DNA from: Candidatus Heimdallarchaeota archaeon | GTDB lineage: Archaea > Asgardarchaeota > Heimdallarchaeia > JABLTI01 | NCBI GenBank assembly: GCA_030614005.1 | Contig: JAUWKS010000015.1 | Span: 1 to 32,000, forward strand | DNA: 32,000 nucleotides | Reading direction: 5' to 3' | In this document: piece after piece, positions 18,846 through 27,729 of the stretch | How positions within the stretch are numbered: the first letter of the stretch is position 1 | How the letters are laid out: each line of letters begins with the position of its first letter | Translations under genes and position numbers: made by a program | Notes under the pieces: generated by a model | Database searches by the model: none | What the model saw: the letters and a program-made list of their open reading frames with translations, nothing else | Told to the model about the DNA's origin: nothing

Positions 18846-19517
18846 TTGTCAATAAAACGCAATACAAGATATCTACAATTTGCGTTTAATGGTTCAATGC
18901 AACAAGTGCGAAGAGTGCTTCCATCTATACAATATGACCCAAGAATCATCATTGAAGCAGGAACACCGTACATTAAGCAGTTTGGTATGCCAGGTGTACG
19001 GTTGATAAGAAGATTATGGAAAGGATTAGTAGTTGCTGATCTAAAGGTTACCGATGGTGCTATAGAAGAAGTACAATTTGCAGCTAGAGCAGGAGCTAAT
19101 GCAGTTACTGTAATGGGTTCTGCTCCAACTGAAACATTGGACTTTTTCAATGAATATAGTACGAAATTAGGCCTTTATTCAATGATAGATATGCTCGGTG
19201 TAGATAATCCTCTGAGAAAACTTTTACCATTAAAGCATAAACCCAACTTTGTAGTTATACACAAAGGTCGAGATGAAGAAACAAATAGACGAAATATAAT
19301 TCGTTACAAAGATATCTCGAAGATTCGATCAAAGTATGATACCTTTATCTCCGTTGCTGGAGGATTAGATGTGGCAAATATACGAAAAGTATACTTCAAT
19401 GGAGCAGATGTTGCGATATTAAACATTGTAACGAGTTCAGCTCCGAATACTGGTGTTGTTGATACTACAAACTTTCGGCAATTAATTCCCAATTTATTAG
19501 CAGAAGTAGGGAAATAA
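18846..19517 (+). CDS. 3-hexulose-6-phosphate synthase-like protein (OMPDC/HUMPS TIM barrel)
   Basis: LQFAFN, IEAGTPYIK, ADLKVTDG, AGANAVTVMG, HKGRD, VAGGL; TTG start. Confidence 0.8.
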   Translation: MSIKRNTRYLQFAFNGSMQQVRRVLPSIQYDPRIIIEAGTPYIKQFGMPGVRLIRRLWKGLVVADLKVTDGAIEEVQFAARAGANAVTVMGSAPTETLDFFNEYSTKLGLYSMIDMLGVDNPLRKLLPLKHKPNFVVIHKGRDEETNRRNIIRYKDISKIRSKYDTFISVAGGLDVANIRKVYFNGADVAILNIVTSSAPNTGVVDTTNFRQLIPNLLAEVGK

Positions 19518-19530
19518 TAAAAGCTACATT

Positions 19531-19562
19531 ATCCTTGGAAAATTCTTCCAGGGATTTTTTTT
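19531..19562 (+). terminator. Hairpin plus T-tract terminator after the SPFH-HPS pair
   Basis: ATCCTTGGAA/TTCCAGGGAT 10-bp stem (one G:T) followed by a T run. Confidence 0.6.
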
Positions 19563-19589
19563 ATCTTTTTTTAAAAATAAACAAGAATA

Positions 19590-19728
19590 TGGTGACCGAG
19601 CGGGGATGTATTCAGAAGGAAGTCGCAACTTCCAAACATTGAACCCCGGAGCCCTACCAAAACAGAAATATCAGGCGCACCTGATACTTTCCCCAAGGTA
19701 GAATCATACCAATCTAGACCACCCGGCC
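19590..19728 (-). tRNA. tRNA-Pro(GGG) with two introns (37/38: 19660-19690; 58/59: 19608-19638) and encoded CCA
   Basis: Acceptor GGCCGGG/CTCGGTC-ACCA, D-arm GTCTAGATTGGTATGAT, anticodon stem CTACC/GGTAG with loop TTGGGG|T, T-arm CGGGG-TTCAA|AT-CCCCG; both inserts fold as hairpins in BHB-like geometry. Confidence 0.88.
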
Positions 19729-19791
19729 ATTCTTAGTTGTTTTTTAATTCTAAAATTAAAAAGCTTTTCTCTTTTATGATGTTCTTGTGTT

Positions 19792-20466
19792 TCAAAGAAT
19801 TAATTCTTTATCAATCAATTTTTTACATTCTTTTTGAGCTTTTGTTAATAAAATGCCTGTTTTAATCTTATTATCTTCATTTTTGTAAAATCCATAGTCG
19901 ATTGTTTTCTTAATTCGTCTGCTAAATTTAGAGTTGTTGTTAATCAATGGTAAAAATCTATTTACATACCAATAGACATAGTTTTGTATCTTTTGAAAAC
20001 CTGGGAAAGAAACAACTGGTTTTTTATAAAAATCTTTAATCCATAAGAAGTTAGTTTTTGAATCATTTTTCAAAAGATTTTCATAGATAAACAAATCTAA
20101 TCCAACTTCTCGTCCAAGATGTATTTTTGCTGTACTGAAATAACGTCTTACTCCTTCACCCTTAATTATCTTAGGGCACAATGGACCATTATCTAGAAAG
20201 AATGGGTTTTCATGGATTAGTTCATCACATAATAAATGCAATTTCCACCCCAACGCATATGCCTTGCCTCTTTGACTCTCTTTATTGTAAAACAATAATG
20301 GTGGAATTTCCTGATGGTCGAAAATTTTTAGCTTCGGAGAAAAAAGTTGAAAATACCCTGCATCTGGGCTCCAACTTCCAACAATCATTGGTTTTATTAC
20401 CTCTTCCAGAGGTAATCCTTCTGGCAATACATTCAAAATTGAAAACATATGTGCAAGAAAGTACAT
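19792..20466 (-). CDS. Zinc-dependent phospholipase C-like (Zn_dep_PLPC) protein
   Basis: N-terminal AH, GSWSPDA, YALGWKLHLLCDELIH metal-ligand pattern. Confidence 0.6.
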   Translation of the reverse strand: MYFLAHMFSILNVLPEGLPLEEVIKPMIVGSWSPDAGYFQLFSPKLKIFDHQEIPPLLFYNKESQRGKAYALGWKLHLLCDELIHENPFFLDNGPLCPKIIKGEGVRRYFSTAKIHLGREVGLDLFIYENLLKNDSKTNFLWIKDFYKKPVVSFPGFQKIQNYVYWYVNRFLPLINNNSKFSRRIKKTIDYGFYKNEDNKIKTGILLTKAQKECKKLIDKELIL

Positions 20467-20621
20467 GGCACCACATCATTCTTTTTCGTGTATATCTTCG
20501 AGTACTACTCGGATATATATCGGTCTTTAATTTATCCTTGCTAGTATTAGTGGTTGTATATTACAAAATTAGTAGTTTAAAAAGGTGCTTTTGTAGAGTA
20601 ATAGTAAAGGTGAACTAAGAC

Positions 20622-20891
20622 TTGTCCTTATTCAGTAAATCAAATTGTGAGTATTCTCCTACTACAGAAACCTCATCCCTTCAAACAAAGGATCAAGATA
20701 ATTGTCTTATTTGTAAGGTTATGCGCATTCGTCATGAAAAAGCTGATCTTGTTAAATGGATTTTTTCTTCCGACAAGTCTACTTCTGAAAAGGCAGAACT
20801 AGCTACTTCGCTTACTGGCATCACCTTTGATAAAGAAGTCATTGAATGTATTCAAGATCCTGATATCCAGAAATTTCTTTTTTCTAAGTAA
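20622..20891 (+). CDS. Hypothetical protein (CxxC-containing, 89 aa)
   Basis: Open frame filling an intergenic gap between divergent/convergent genes; TTG start; no recognised family. Confidence 0.4.
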   Translation: MSLFSKSNCEYSPTTETSSLQTKDQDNCLICKVMRIRHEKADLVKWIFSSDKSTSEKAELATSLTGITFDKEVIECIQDPDIQKFLFSK

Positions 20892-22985
20892 TCATACTTC
20901 TTCATCGAATGGTTCCTCTATATCTGAGGTCAATGATGGTTCTTCTTGAGTTGGTTTCTTTCTTCTCATTTGAGAGAATATAAGCACCCAAGGTGTGATT
21001 AACGCTAAAATTGCTCCTAATATAGATAAGAATATCGCCCAAGGTGGTAAGCTAACTTTCCCTGTAAAATATAACGTTATTATGAAATCTCCTAGTGGGT
21101 ATACACCATCCAGATGAAGTAGAGTTGTATCATTTTCTGCTGTTGGGTTGAATATTTCTAAGCTATTATTGGTGTTTTTCGAGCTTCCTTCTAAACCATC
21201 TAATAACGCTAAATCACTGAAATTTAATGTCCATGAATACAATTCAACTGCACCTAGTGCATTTAGAGCAAATTTCAAACTATAGAAGTCGAGATTCAAA
21301 TCATCGATATTGAATTGGAAATCTTCTAATGGAATTGAATAGAACTCTTCAACTTCTTCCGGTATTGTGATAGGAACAAGAACCTCTTCATTATCCATAA
21401 ACCAGTCAAGAGCAAGTATCTCACCGTTATTGTTAATATTCCCAGATACAGTTGCAGTCCCTGTTATATTGAACATTGGTGTCATTACAAATGATATAGT
21501 ATAATTTAGAATTGTATCTTCCCATAATACCACAGGATTGAGAATTGAATTTACAGTCAAGTTCTTTCCTATGAATGTTTTAAATGCAGAGAGATTGAGA
21601 TATTCGGGTATGCCTGCATCTGCTAAAGATATTAAATCTGAAGATCCTAGCGGTGTTACAAATGATAAACTTCCTCGAAACGCTGCCCAAAAAGTACTTG
21701 CTTCTGCAGTTAATTTAATTTTGACATTGGTTTTTTCACCAGCATTTACTCTCTCTGGAGCTTCAATGGTGATATTAATTGGGGATGTCAATCCTACATC
21801 CATAAATAAACTTAGGTTTAACCCTAAACTTTCATTTCCAATAAATTGATTTATCTCAAATGGTCCAATTGAATGATTGAAATTTAATGACCCTCTATCA
21901 ACAACCACATAATTATATGGTGTTGGATTTGGTTCTGCTACCCTCCATGTAAGAATTTCTAACCCATCTGCAAAATCAGCCACAAAAATTAATTTATCAT
22001 CAAGTGTTAAACTAAATGCTTGTCCAATTTCGCTATCAATAAATTGAGCAATTTCCTTTGGATTAGTGGGGTCTGAAATATCTAAAATTTCAACACCATC
22101 CTTTTCGTCAGCAATATAAAGAAATTCATTATCTAATTTAACATCCCAAGCTCTTCCAGGTCCCAAATCTTTGTGCTGGCCAACTATTTTTGGTCTATTT
22201 GGATTGGAAATCTGTATGACTTTGATACCTGTATCTCTTGTTGCTAAATAGGCATATTTTCCTGATACCGTTATACCAACAGCATCTACTATTCCATCAT
22301 CAATCTCAGCTACCTTCCGGGGATTTTCAATATCCTTAAGATTAACGATTTCTAATCCGGCACTTATCCCAGCAGCAATATAAGCATAATTCTCTATAAC
22401 AAAAACATCGAAAGGGTGCCCATCGTATTGAGAAATTTCAACAGGATTTGTTAAATCTGAGATATCCAAGATTTCAATGCCATCAGTTCTGTCTACAGAA
22501 TAAACAATGTTGTTATCAATGAAAAGACTCCAGATATTTCCCCCATCATCGTATGCACCCACTTCTACCATATTAACTGGATCAGAAATGTCAACTATTT
22601 TGAAACCCGCTCTTCCATGAGCTAGGAAAGCATAATTATCCTTAATTAAAACATCATATACACTTTCATTAGAATCTTGATAGGTTCCTAGAACTGAGAT
22701 GTTAGTTTTATCTGCAAAATTTACTGCTATTAATCCCTGAATTTGATCAGCAATAAATGCAATGTTATCTTGTACTGCTACACTCACTGCAGCAGTTGCG
22801 CCTTTGAATCCGCCAATCTCCTCTAAATTGTAAGAAAATATTTGTTCATCTTCATCTTCTGATTGAGCAGAATTTTCTATTCCAATTAATGCACCCGTTC
22901 TTGAAATTTGTGTCATTCTAACAAATGAACTATTGAATAGAAGTATTGTAATTAGTATAACAAGAATTTTTCTTACGGTGTTCAT
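20892..22985 (-). CDS. Secreted, membrane-anchored LVIVD-repeat (beta-propeller) protein
   Basis: N-terminal signal peptide, multiple YxYxAxxxxGLxIxDISDPxNP repeats, C-terminal TM helix followed by a basic/acidic tail. Confidence 0.88.
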   Translation of the reverse strand: MNTVRKILVILITILLFNSSFVRMTQISRTGALIGIENSAQSEDEDEQIFSYNLEEIGGFKGATAAVSVAVQDNIAFIADQIQGLIAVNFADKTNISVLGTYQDSNESVYDVLIKDNYAFLAHGRAGFKIVDISDPVNMVEVGAYDDGGNIWSLFIDNNIVYSVDRTDGIEILDISDLTNPVEISQYDGHPFDVFVIENYAYIAAGISAGLEIVNLKDIENPRKVAEIDDGIVDAVGITVSGKYAYLATRDTGIKVIQISNPNRPKIVGQHKDLGPGRAWDVKLDNEFLYIADEKDGVEILDISDPTNPKEIAQFIDSEIGQAFSLTLDDKLIFVADFADGLEILTWRVAEPNPTPYNYVVVDRGSLNFNHSIGPFEINQFIGNESLGLNLSLFMDVGLTSPINITIEAPERVNAGEKTNVKIKLTAEASTFWAAFRGSLSFVTPLGSSDLISLADAGIPEYLNLSAFKTFIGKNLTVNSILNPVVLWEDTILNYTISFVMTPMFNITGTATVSGNINNNGEILALDWFMDNEEVLVPITIPEEVEEFYSIPLEDFQFNIDDLNLDFYSLKFALNALGAVELYSWTLNFSDLALLDGLEGSSKNTNNSLEIFNPTAENDTTLLHLDGVYPLGDFIITLYFTGKVSLPPWAIFLSILGAILALITPWVLIFSQMRRKKPTQEEPSLTSDIEEPFDEEV

Positions 22986-23139
22986 TAGCTATTACACCTC
23001 TTCACTTTTCTGAAAGTACTTTACTTCTTTTCTCATTTTAATCTATGTATTCACTTTTCGGTATTCTTTCTCTGCTTTTTTATTATTTTTTGAGGTTTTA
23101 AATAGTACAGTTTGAAGTATTCTTCGAGAGTCGATTACT

Positions 23140-23898
23140 TTGATGACATCATTCAATTTATTCACATCCATTTCTTGGATAATTACAGGGTTTGTTTCTG
23201 CTATACTTAGCACTTTATTTCTTAGTAAAAATCCTAAGCGAAGGCTAAATCAACTATTTTCTGTAGGATTTTTCTTTTGGTCACTTTCAATGTTATTTAA
23301 TGGGATAAATTTTGCAGTAGCTTACAAGTCCCTGATAGCAGCAAATGTATTCAGAGATCTTAGTGTTATTCTAGGAATCTTCAGCGCAATCACGCTTTTT
23401 GCTGCAGCAATAGGAATTTATTATGGTCCTGACACAGTAAATTGGGTTTTACTGTTAGCACTAGCAGCTATTGCAGCCACTCTTTCAGGGTTAGGCGCAG
23501 CAAATGATTGGGTTACTCTAGATGGTTTAGGAGGCTTCAAAACTACTGATAACCTTCTAGGAAAAATTTGCATACAAATAGTAACGGCGATTTTCGTTAT
23601 TTCAGCAAACGTTTTCCTCTTCTTAACTTACCGTTCCTCGAAAAATCCGAAAGCAAAACGAAGAGTAGGCTTTTTCGTAATCGGTTATTCCACAATAATT
23701 ATTGGTTTACTAATGTATGTGATTGATACTTTTGTTAAAATCTCACAATATGTATTCCCAACCTTTGCTCAAATTGCTTGGGTTGCAGGACCAATCTTAA
23801 TGCTTGTTGGCTTCTATGTCAAAACAGAAGCTGATACTCCATCTCCCCCCAAAGATGGTTTACTAAAAAATGAGACACAGCTCCCCTCTTCTCAATAA
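23140..23898 (+). CDS. Multi-pass (about 7 TM) membrane protein
   Basis: About seven hydrophobic segments with KNPKRRLN and KNPKAKRR basic loops; resembles sensor-type 7TM domains with no cytoplasmic output domain. Confidence 0.65.
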   Translation: MMTSFNLFTSISWIITGFVSAILSTLFLSKNPKRRLNQLFSVGFFFWSLSMLFNGINFAVAYKSLIAANVFRDLSVILGIFSAITLFAAAIGIYYGPDTVNWVLLLALAAIAATLSGLGAANDWVTLDGLGGFKTTDNLLGKICIQIVTAIFVISANVFLFLTYRSSKNPKAKRRVGFFVIGYSTIIIGLLMYVIDTFVKISQYVFPTFAQIAWVAGPILMLVGFYVKTEADTPSPPKDGLLKNETQLPSSQ

Positions 23899-23922
23899 GA
23901 GAAGAACATCGAAAGACCCTCT

Positions 23923-23954
23923 TGAGACCTTATAACCCCTATTGTAAGGTCTCA
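23923..23954. terminator. 13-bp hairpin between convergent genes, possible bidirectional terminator
   Basis: TGAGACCTTATAA-CCCCTA-TTGTAAGGTCTCA. Confidence 0.45.
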
Positions 23955-24041
23955 CCCTCTTCTCATTTAAGAAACCAAAAAAAGAATAGCAGTTGAAAGA
24001 ATCAATGGATTCTCTCAACAATGAGTTTGTTATTAGATTTT

Positions 24042-24836
24042 TTAAAGGTAAAAGTTCTCTATGATGTTTCCATCAAATTCTTGTGGAAGATCTTTTCTAT
24101 CATATGGATAAATGGATACTGCGTAATCGAAGATATCTTCCATTGAAACGCTAAAGCTACCACCATAGTATTCTTGCCAAGCGATTTCTAAGAAGAAGTA
24201 TGTCCATGCACCATTTAATCCTGGTGTATAATCATAACCGTATCCTCTGTCAGTACAAGTTACTGCCATGTAGCCATTTGCGCTATTGGCATTACTCATT
24301 ACTCCGTTCATTCCACCTGCATTACAATGGTCTAAGAATATGAACCATTTGCAAACTGCACCATCAAAAACTGGTTGTAATTCAGCATCGAAGATGTATC
24401 CATCTTCACCATTTTCGCCTACAGTACAATCCCACATACACAAGAATGAGTTTCTTACTCTACCTCTAGTAGCTCCACCATGTCCACTTGTTGCAAATAT
24501 AACAATATCATCTTCGTCAGCAATGCTAAGGTAATAGGCTAATGCATTATAGACATTTGTTTCTGTAGCTAACCCATCATATTGTGGATAAGTGTTAGTG
24601 TGATCACCTAGAACTGTACATATGTAACCGTTTGGTGCCAATTGATTATACCAATCTGTTGCGTCTTCATCACAGTAAGATAAATCGCTTATTGCGCTAT
24701 AATCTGAAATTCCGACAATAACAGCATATTTGTTTACAATCCCATCTTCAGCTGAAACACTAACTGCTAATGGAATAACAGTAGAGATAATGAATACTGA
24801 AATGAGAACTATACCGATAGTTAGTCTTTTCTTCAT
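24042..24836 (-). CDS. Caspase-family (C14, ortho/metacaspase-like) peptidase with N-terminal signal/anchor
   Basis: KYAVIVGISDY, DLSYCDEDA, catalytic SGHG and FLDHCN, NGAWTYFFL. Start MKKRL at 24836, followed by a hydrophobic helix. Confidence 0.85.
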   Translation of the reverse strand: MKKRLTIGIVLISVFIISTVIPLAVSVSAEDGIVNKYAVIVGISDYSAISDLSYCDEDATDWYNQLAPNGYICTVLGDHTNTYPQYDGLATETNVYNALAYYLSIADEDDIVIFATSGHGGATRGRVRNSFLCMWDCTVGENGEDGYIFDAELQPVFDGAVCKWFIFLDHCNAGGMNGVMSNANSANGYMAVTCTDRGYGYDYTPGLNGAWTYFFLEIAWQEYYGGSFSVSMEDIFDYAVSIYPYDRKDLPQEFDGNIIENFYL

Positions 24837-25027
24837 TTGTACCAACTCAATTAAAATCACTAAGAGTGATAGTTGGATATATTAAAGGAAATATATAAAC
24901 TTTTTTTAAAAAAACCGCATTTTTGTTACTTATGAATAGATTTATCTGTGGAGATTTTTTAAGATAAATATATTAAGTACTTTAAAATAATCTAATTTAG
25001 ATTTTTGTCAGTAAAGAGGACTGGATA

Positions 25028-25519
25028 ATGAAAAAAACAAATAAAAATTTCCTTAAAATAACAATTCTATTATTTTTCACCCTTATTATCGTCCCCACAA
25101 CAGTACTTCAAATACATGCTTACGACACCCGAATCCCTGATGTTTATGATATGAGTTTCATACATGCAGAATATTTAGACGCCGATGAAGACGGTTCTGA
25201 AGATGACACCAGGTTTTTGGTTTATGTATTTTTCAACCCACTATACTTTGATGGTTCACTAATTCATCTAGATTGTTATTTTGAGATCATCTTGCCTTCA
25301 AATACTACTTATGCATACAAGGGATACATCAGACTACCATCAGAGTCTTGCATTATTCAATTTGATGTATATAATACAGTTACTGAACCTGGATGGTATA
25401 CTATTAACTTTGAATCAAGTGTAAAAATTAAAATGATCAAGTATACTTGTTTTTGCACTACGATTTTTGACCCACCCACGGAAGCACCTGGCGGTGGAGG
25501 TCCAACTATAGGCTTCTAA
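25028..25519 (+). CDS. Secreted beta-rich hypothetical protein
   Basis: Basic N-terminus plus hydrophobic signal ending IHA; DADEDGSEDD (possible Ca-binding loop); alternating beta-strand pattern. Confidence 0.65.
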   Translation: MKKTNKNFLKITILLFFTLIIVPTTVLQIHAYDTRIPDVYDMSFIHAEYLDADEDGSEDDTRFLVYVFFNPLYFDGSLIHLDCYFEIILPSNTTYAYKGYIRLPSESCIIQFDVYNTVTEPGWYTINFESSVKIKMIKYTCFCTTIFDPPTEAPGGGGPTIGF

Positions 25520-25554
25520 TCAATAGTGAATTAAATGAGGACAGTAGAAAAATT

Positions 25555-26649
25555 ATGACCATTGAAGAGAGAGATTTACCCTTACTGATTTCATTACAAG
25601 AAAACCCACTTGCTTCTGCTTCAACATTAGCGAAAGCTGTTAATCTCTCTGTTCCTACAGTCATAAGCAGATTAGAACTATTAAGAAAAGGCATAGTATA
25701 TTATAAAGTCTCAGCAGATCTGCTTCTTGATACTTTGGAATTAGAAATCGTTGATATCCTTATCGAAATTGAGTCATTAGCTAAACTAACTTATTTCGAA
25801 AAAGAAATTTGTTACAAACACCCATATACTCTTTTTCGTATTCGATGTTTCGGTAATTTCTTTGGTTTGTATACTCAATTCCGGATTCCAATAAAATCTA
25901 AAGAATGGTTAGTAGATTTTCTTGAACATCTAAAAAAGAATAAAACAATTCAAAATTTTACCATAATCAATGTTTTGAAGGACACTATGCCAATTTATAC
26001 AACTACAAATTTAGCAAATTGGGAACCAAACTTAATGCGATGGAACTTTGATTGGGATAATTGGTTTAGCAAATTAGATACCAATAGCTCAACTCTCCTA
26101 AAAAGCAAAAAAGAAAATTCTCTGTTAAACAAAATAGATGATCTTGATATTGCTCTATTGCAAGAACTTACAATTAATGCAAGAAGAAAAAACACTGAAA
26201 TAATGGAATCTTTGAAACTAGATAAAAAAACCGTTGGTCTACCACAAAAAATAAGTCGAAAACTTCAATTTCTAATAAAAAAAACTATTGCTCAGTTTAG
26301 AGTTTCACTTCAATGGGAAACGTTTGAGATTTTCAATTCATTTCTAATGAACTGCGACTGTGAGAAAAAAACCAGTAATAGATTACAAAACCATCTTTCT
26401 AATAACCCAATACCATTTGAATCTACCTTTAAATTGACTGAAAAAGGCTTTTTATGGTATGTTAGATGCCCTGCATCTCATTTTTCAAATATCTCTGAGA
26501 TAATTTGGCGCATTTGTAAAAAAGTGGATTTTTATTATCTTGATTATAAAAGTACATTATACTATGGATTATGGAAAGGTGTTTTTGATTCTTCAAAACA
26601 TAATTGGTCTATTGATATGATGAAAAAAGAAAAAATATTAGAGAAGTGA
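25555..26649 (+). CDS. Tandem Lrp/AsnC-like winged-HTH transcriptional regulator
   Basis: Two HTH units: RDLPLLISLQENPLASASTLAKAVNLSVPTVISRL and LDIALLQELTINARRKNTEI, each followed by a RAM-like domain. Confidence 0.8.
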   Translation: MTIEERDLPLLISLQENPLASASTLAKAVNLSVPTVISRLELLRKGIVYYKVSADLLLDTLELEIVDILIEIESLAKLTYFEKEICYKHPYTLFRIRCFGNFFGLYTQFRIPIKSKEWLVDFLEHLKKNKTIQNFTIINVLKDTMPIYTTTNLANWEPNLMRWNFDWDNWFSKLDTNSSTLLKSKKENSLLNKIDDLDIALLQELTINARRKNTEIMESLKLDKKTVGLPQKISRKLQFLIKKTIAQFRVSLQWETFEIFNSFLMNCDCEKKTSNRLQNHLSNNPIPFESTFKLTEKGFLWYVRCPASHFSNISEIIWRICKKVDFYYLDYKSTLYYGLWKGVFDSSKHNWSIDMMKKEKILEK

Positions 26650-26689
26650 ATTTCACTCTCGAGTTTTCTTGCTATGAGTATTTGTTTAT

Positions 26690-27520
26690 TTAACTCATTA
26701 ATATTTTAGTTGTTATGAATACAGCTTTTTCTGTATCTTTACGTGAAGGGCGGTAATTCTCGTGATCGATTCTATTTAATATGAGATTAACAAATTTGAA
26801 ATCTTTCAAAGCTTCTAATCCCTTAGCAGCTCCTTTGTCGATTAACATACCAAGTGTTAATTGTTCATCAAACATACCCATTCTTACTCTTAATTCAGCT
26901 TCTACACTATGAGCACATTCTTTTATACATTCACGAAAATTTCCTTCATCAAGTAACAATTCATAAGTTGTTTTTGTTGGAAGATCTATTTTCTCCTTAG
27001 GGGGGACATCTTTTGGTTTGCGTGGTTGAGGGGAGGGAGGAGGTATATCACCAGCTTTCTTTGGTTTATCCTGTGGACCATCTTCACCTCTCATCATTTT
27101 AGCAGTCATATCATCTGATGGAGGAGGGGGTGGAGGAGGAGTTTTATCTTTAGGAGGAGGAGGTAATGGTACATGTTTTTTTTCGGAAGGAGGGGGAGGA
27201 AGAGGAGGTTTATCCTTTGAAGGAGATGGTCGACTACCTGCCTTTGGTGTGCTTGGTAAATCCTTAGCTAAATCTATATCGGCCGGTGGACCTGAAATGA
27301 GAATTTTAATCTCTTTTGCACGTTTAATATACTCCTTTGCTTTTACATAATAACTATCACGTATTTTTCGTGTTTTTTCCATGGCAATTAGCTGATTCAA
27401 GAGTTCAGCCGATTCTAAGAATAATTCAAAAGCAGCCGTTAAATCTCCATTTCTTTCAGCGCGTATTGCTTTATTAGCGGTTTTTTTAACACGATCAAAA
27501 AGGTATTTCGTTGGGGACAT
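26690..27520 (-). CDS. MIT domain + proline-rich linker + HEPN/DUF4145-like domain protein
   Basis: KAIRAERNGDLTAAFELFLESAELL...YIKRAKEIK (MIT); PPLPPPP/PPPPPPP runs; GNFRECI..VEAELR..LGMLID..LILNRIDH..SRKDTEKA. Confidence 0.75.
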   Translation of the reverse strand: MSPTKYLFDRVKKTANKAIRAERNGDLTAAFELFLESAELLNQLIAMEKTRKIRDSYYVKAKEYIKRAKEIKILISGPPADIDLAKDLPSTPKAGSRPSPSKDKPPLPPPPSEKKHVPLPPPPKDKTPPPPPPPSDDMTAKMMRGEDGPQDKPKKAGDIPPPSPQPRKPKDVPPKEKIDLPTKTTYELLLDEGNFRECIKECAHSVEAELRVRMGMFDEQLTLGMLIDKGAAKGLEALKDFKFVNLILNRIDHENYRPSRKDTEKAVFITTKILMS

Positions 27521-27729
27521 TGTTTATTTCTCCTAGTAAGTTATGACTAACTAAATTAATTAATTCCATTATCTCATAATCAATAACAACTTTTACTGAT
27601 TTGAAGGTTTTTAATTAAATTACTACTTTTATATGGTGTTTTTACCTATATTTAGTATTACAATCAATTGCTATCTTTCAAAGAATTTAAATAGCTGATA
27701 TCTTCATTTCGATTCAATGGTGTTTCATA

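Noticed and set aside
19692-19695. Alternative reading of the tRNA as Pro(TGG)
   Set aside because: It would break D-stem register, need a T:G closing pair and shorten the variable loop; GGG gives five Watson-Crick pairs.
9005-21849. Short antisense or overlapping ORFs in the track (e.g. 9005, 9172, 10675, 11710, 13502, 15570, 17469, 18375, 18821, 20181, 21538)
   Set aside because: They overlap well-supported genes and show no recognisable motifs.
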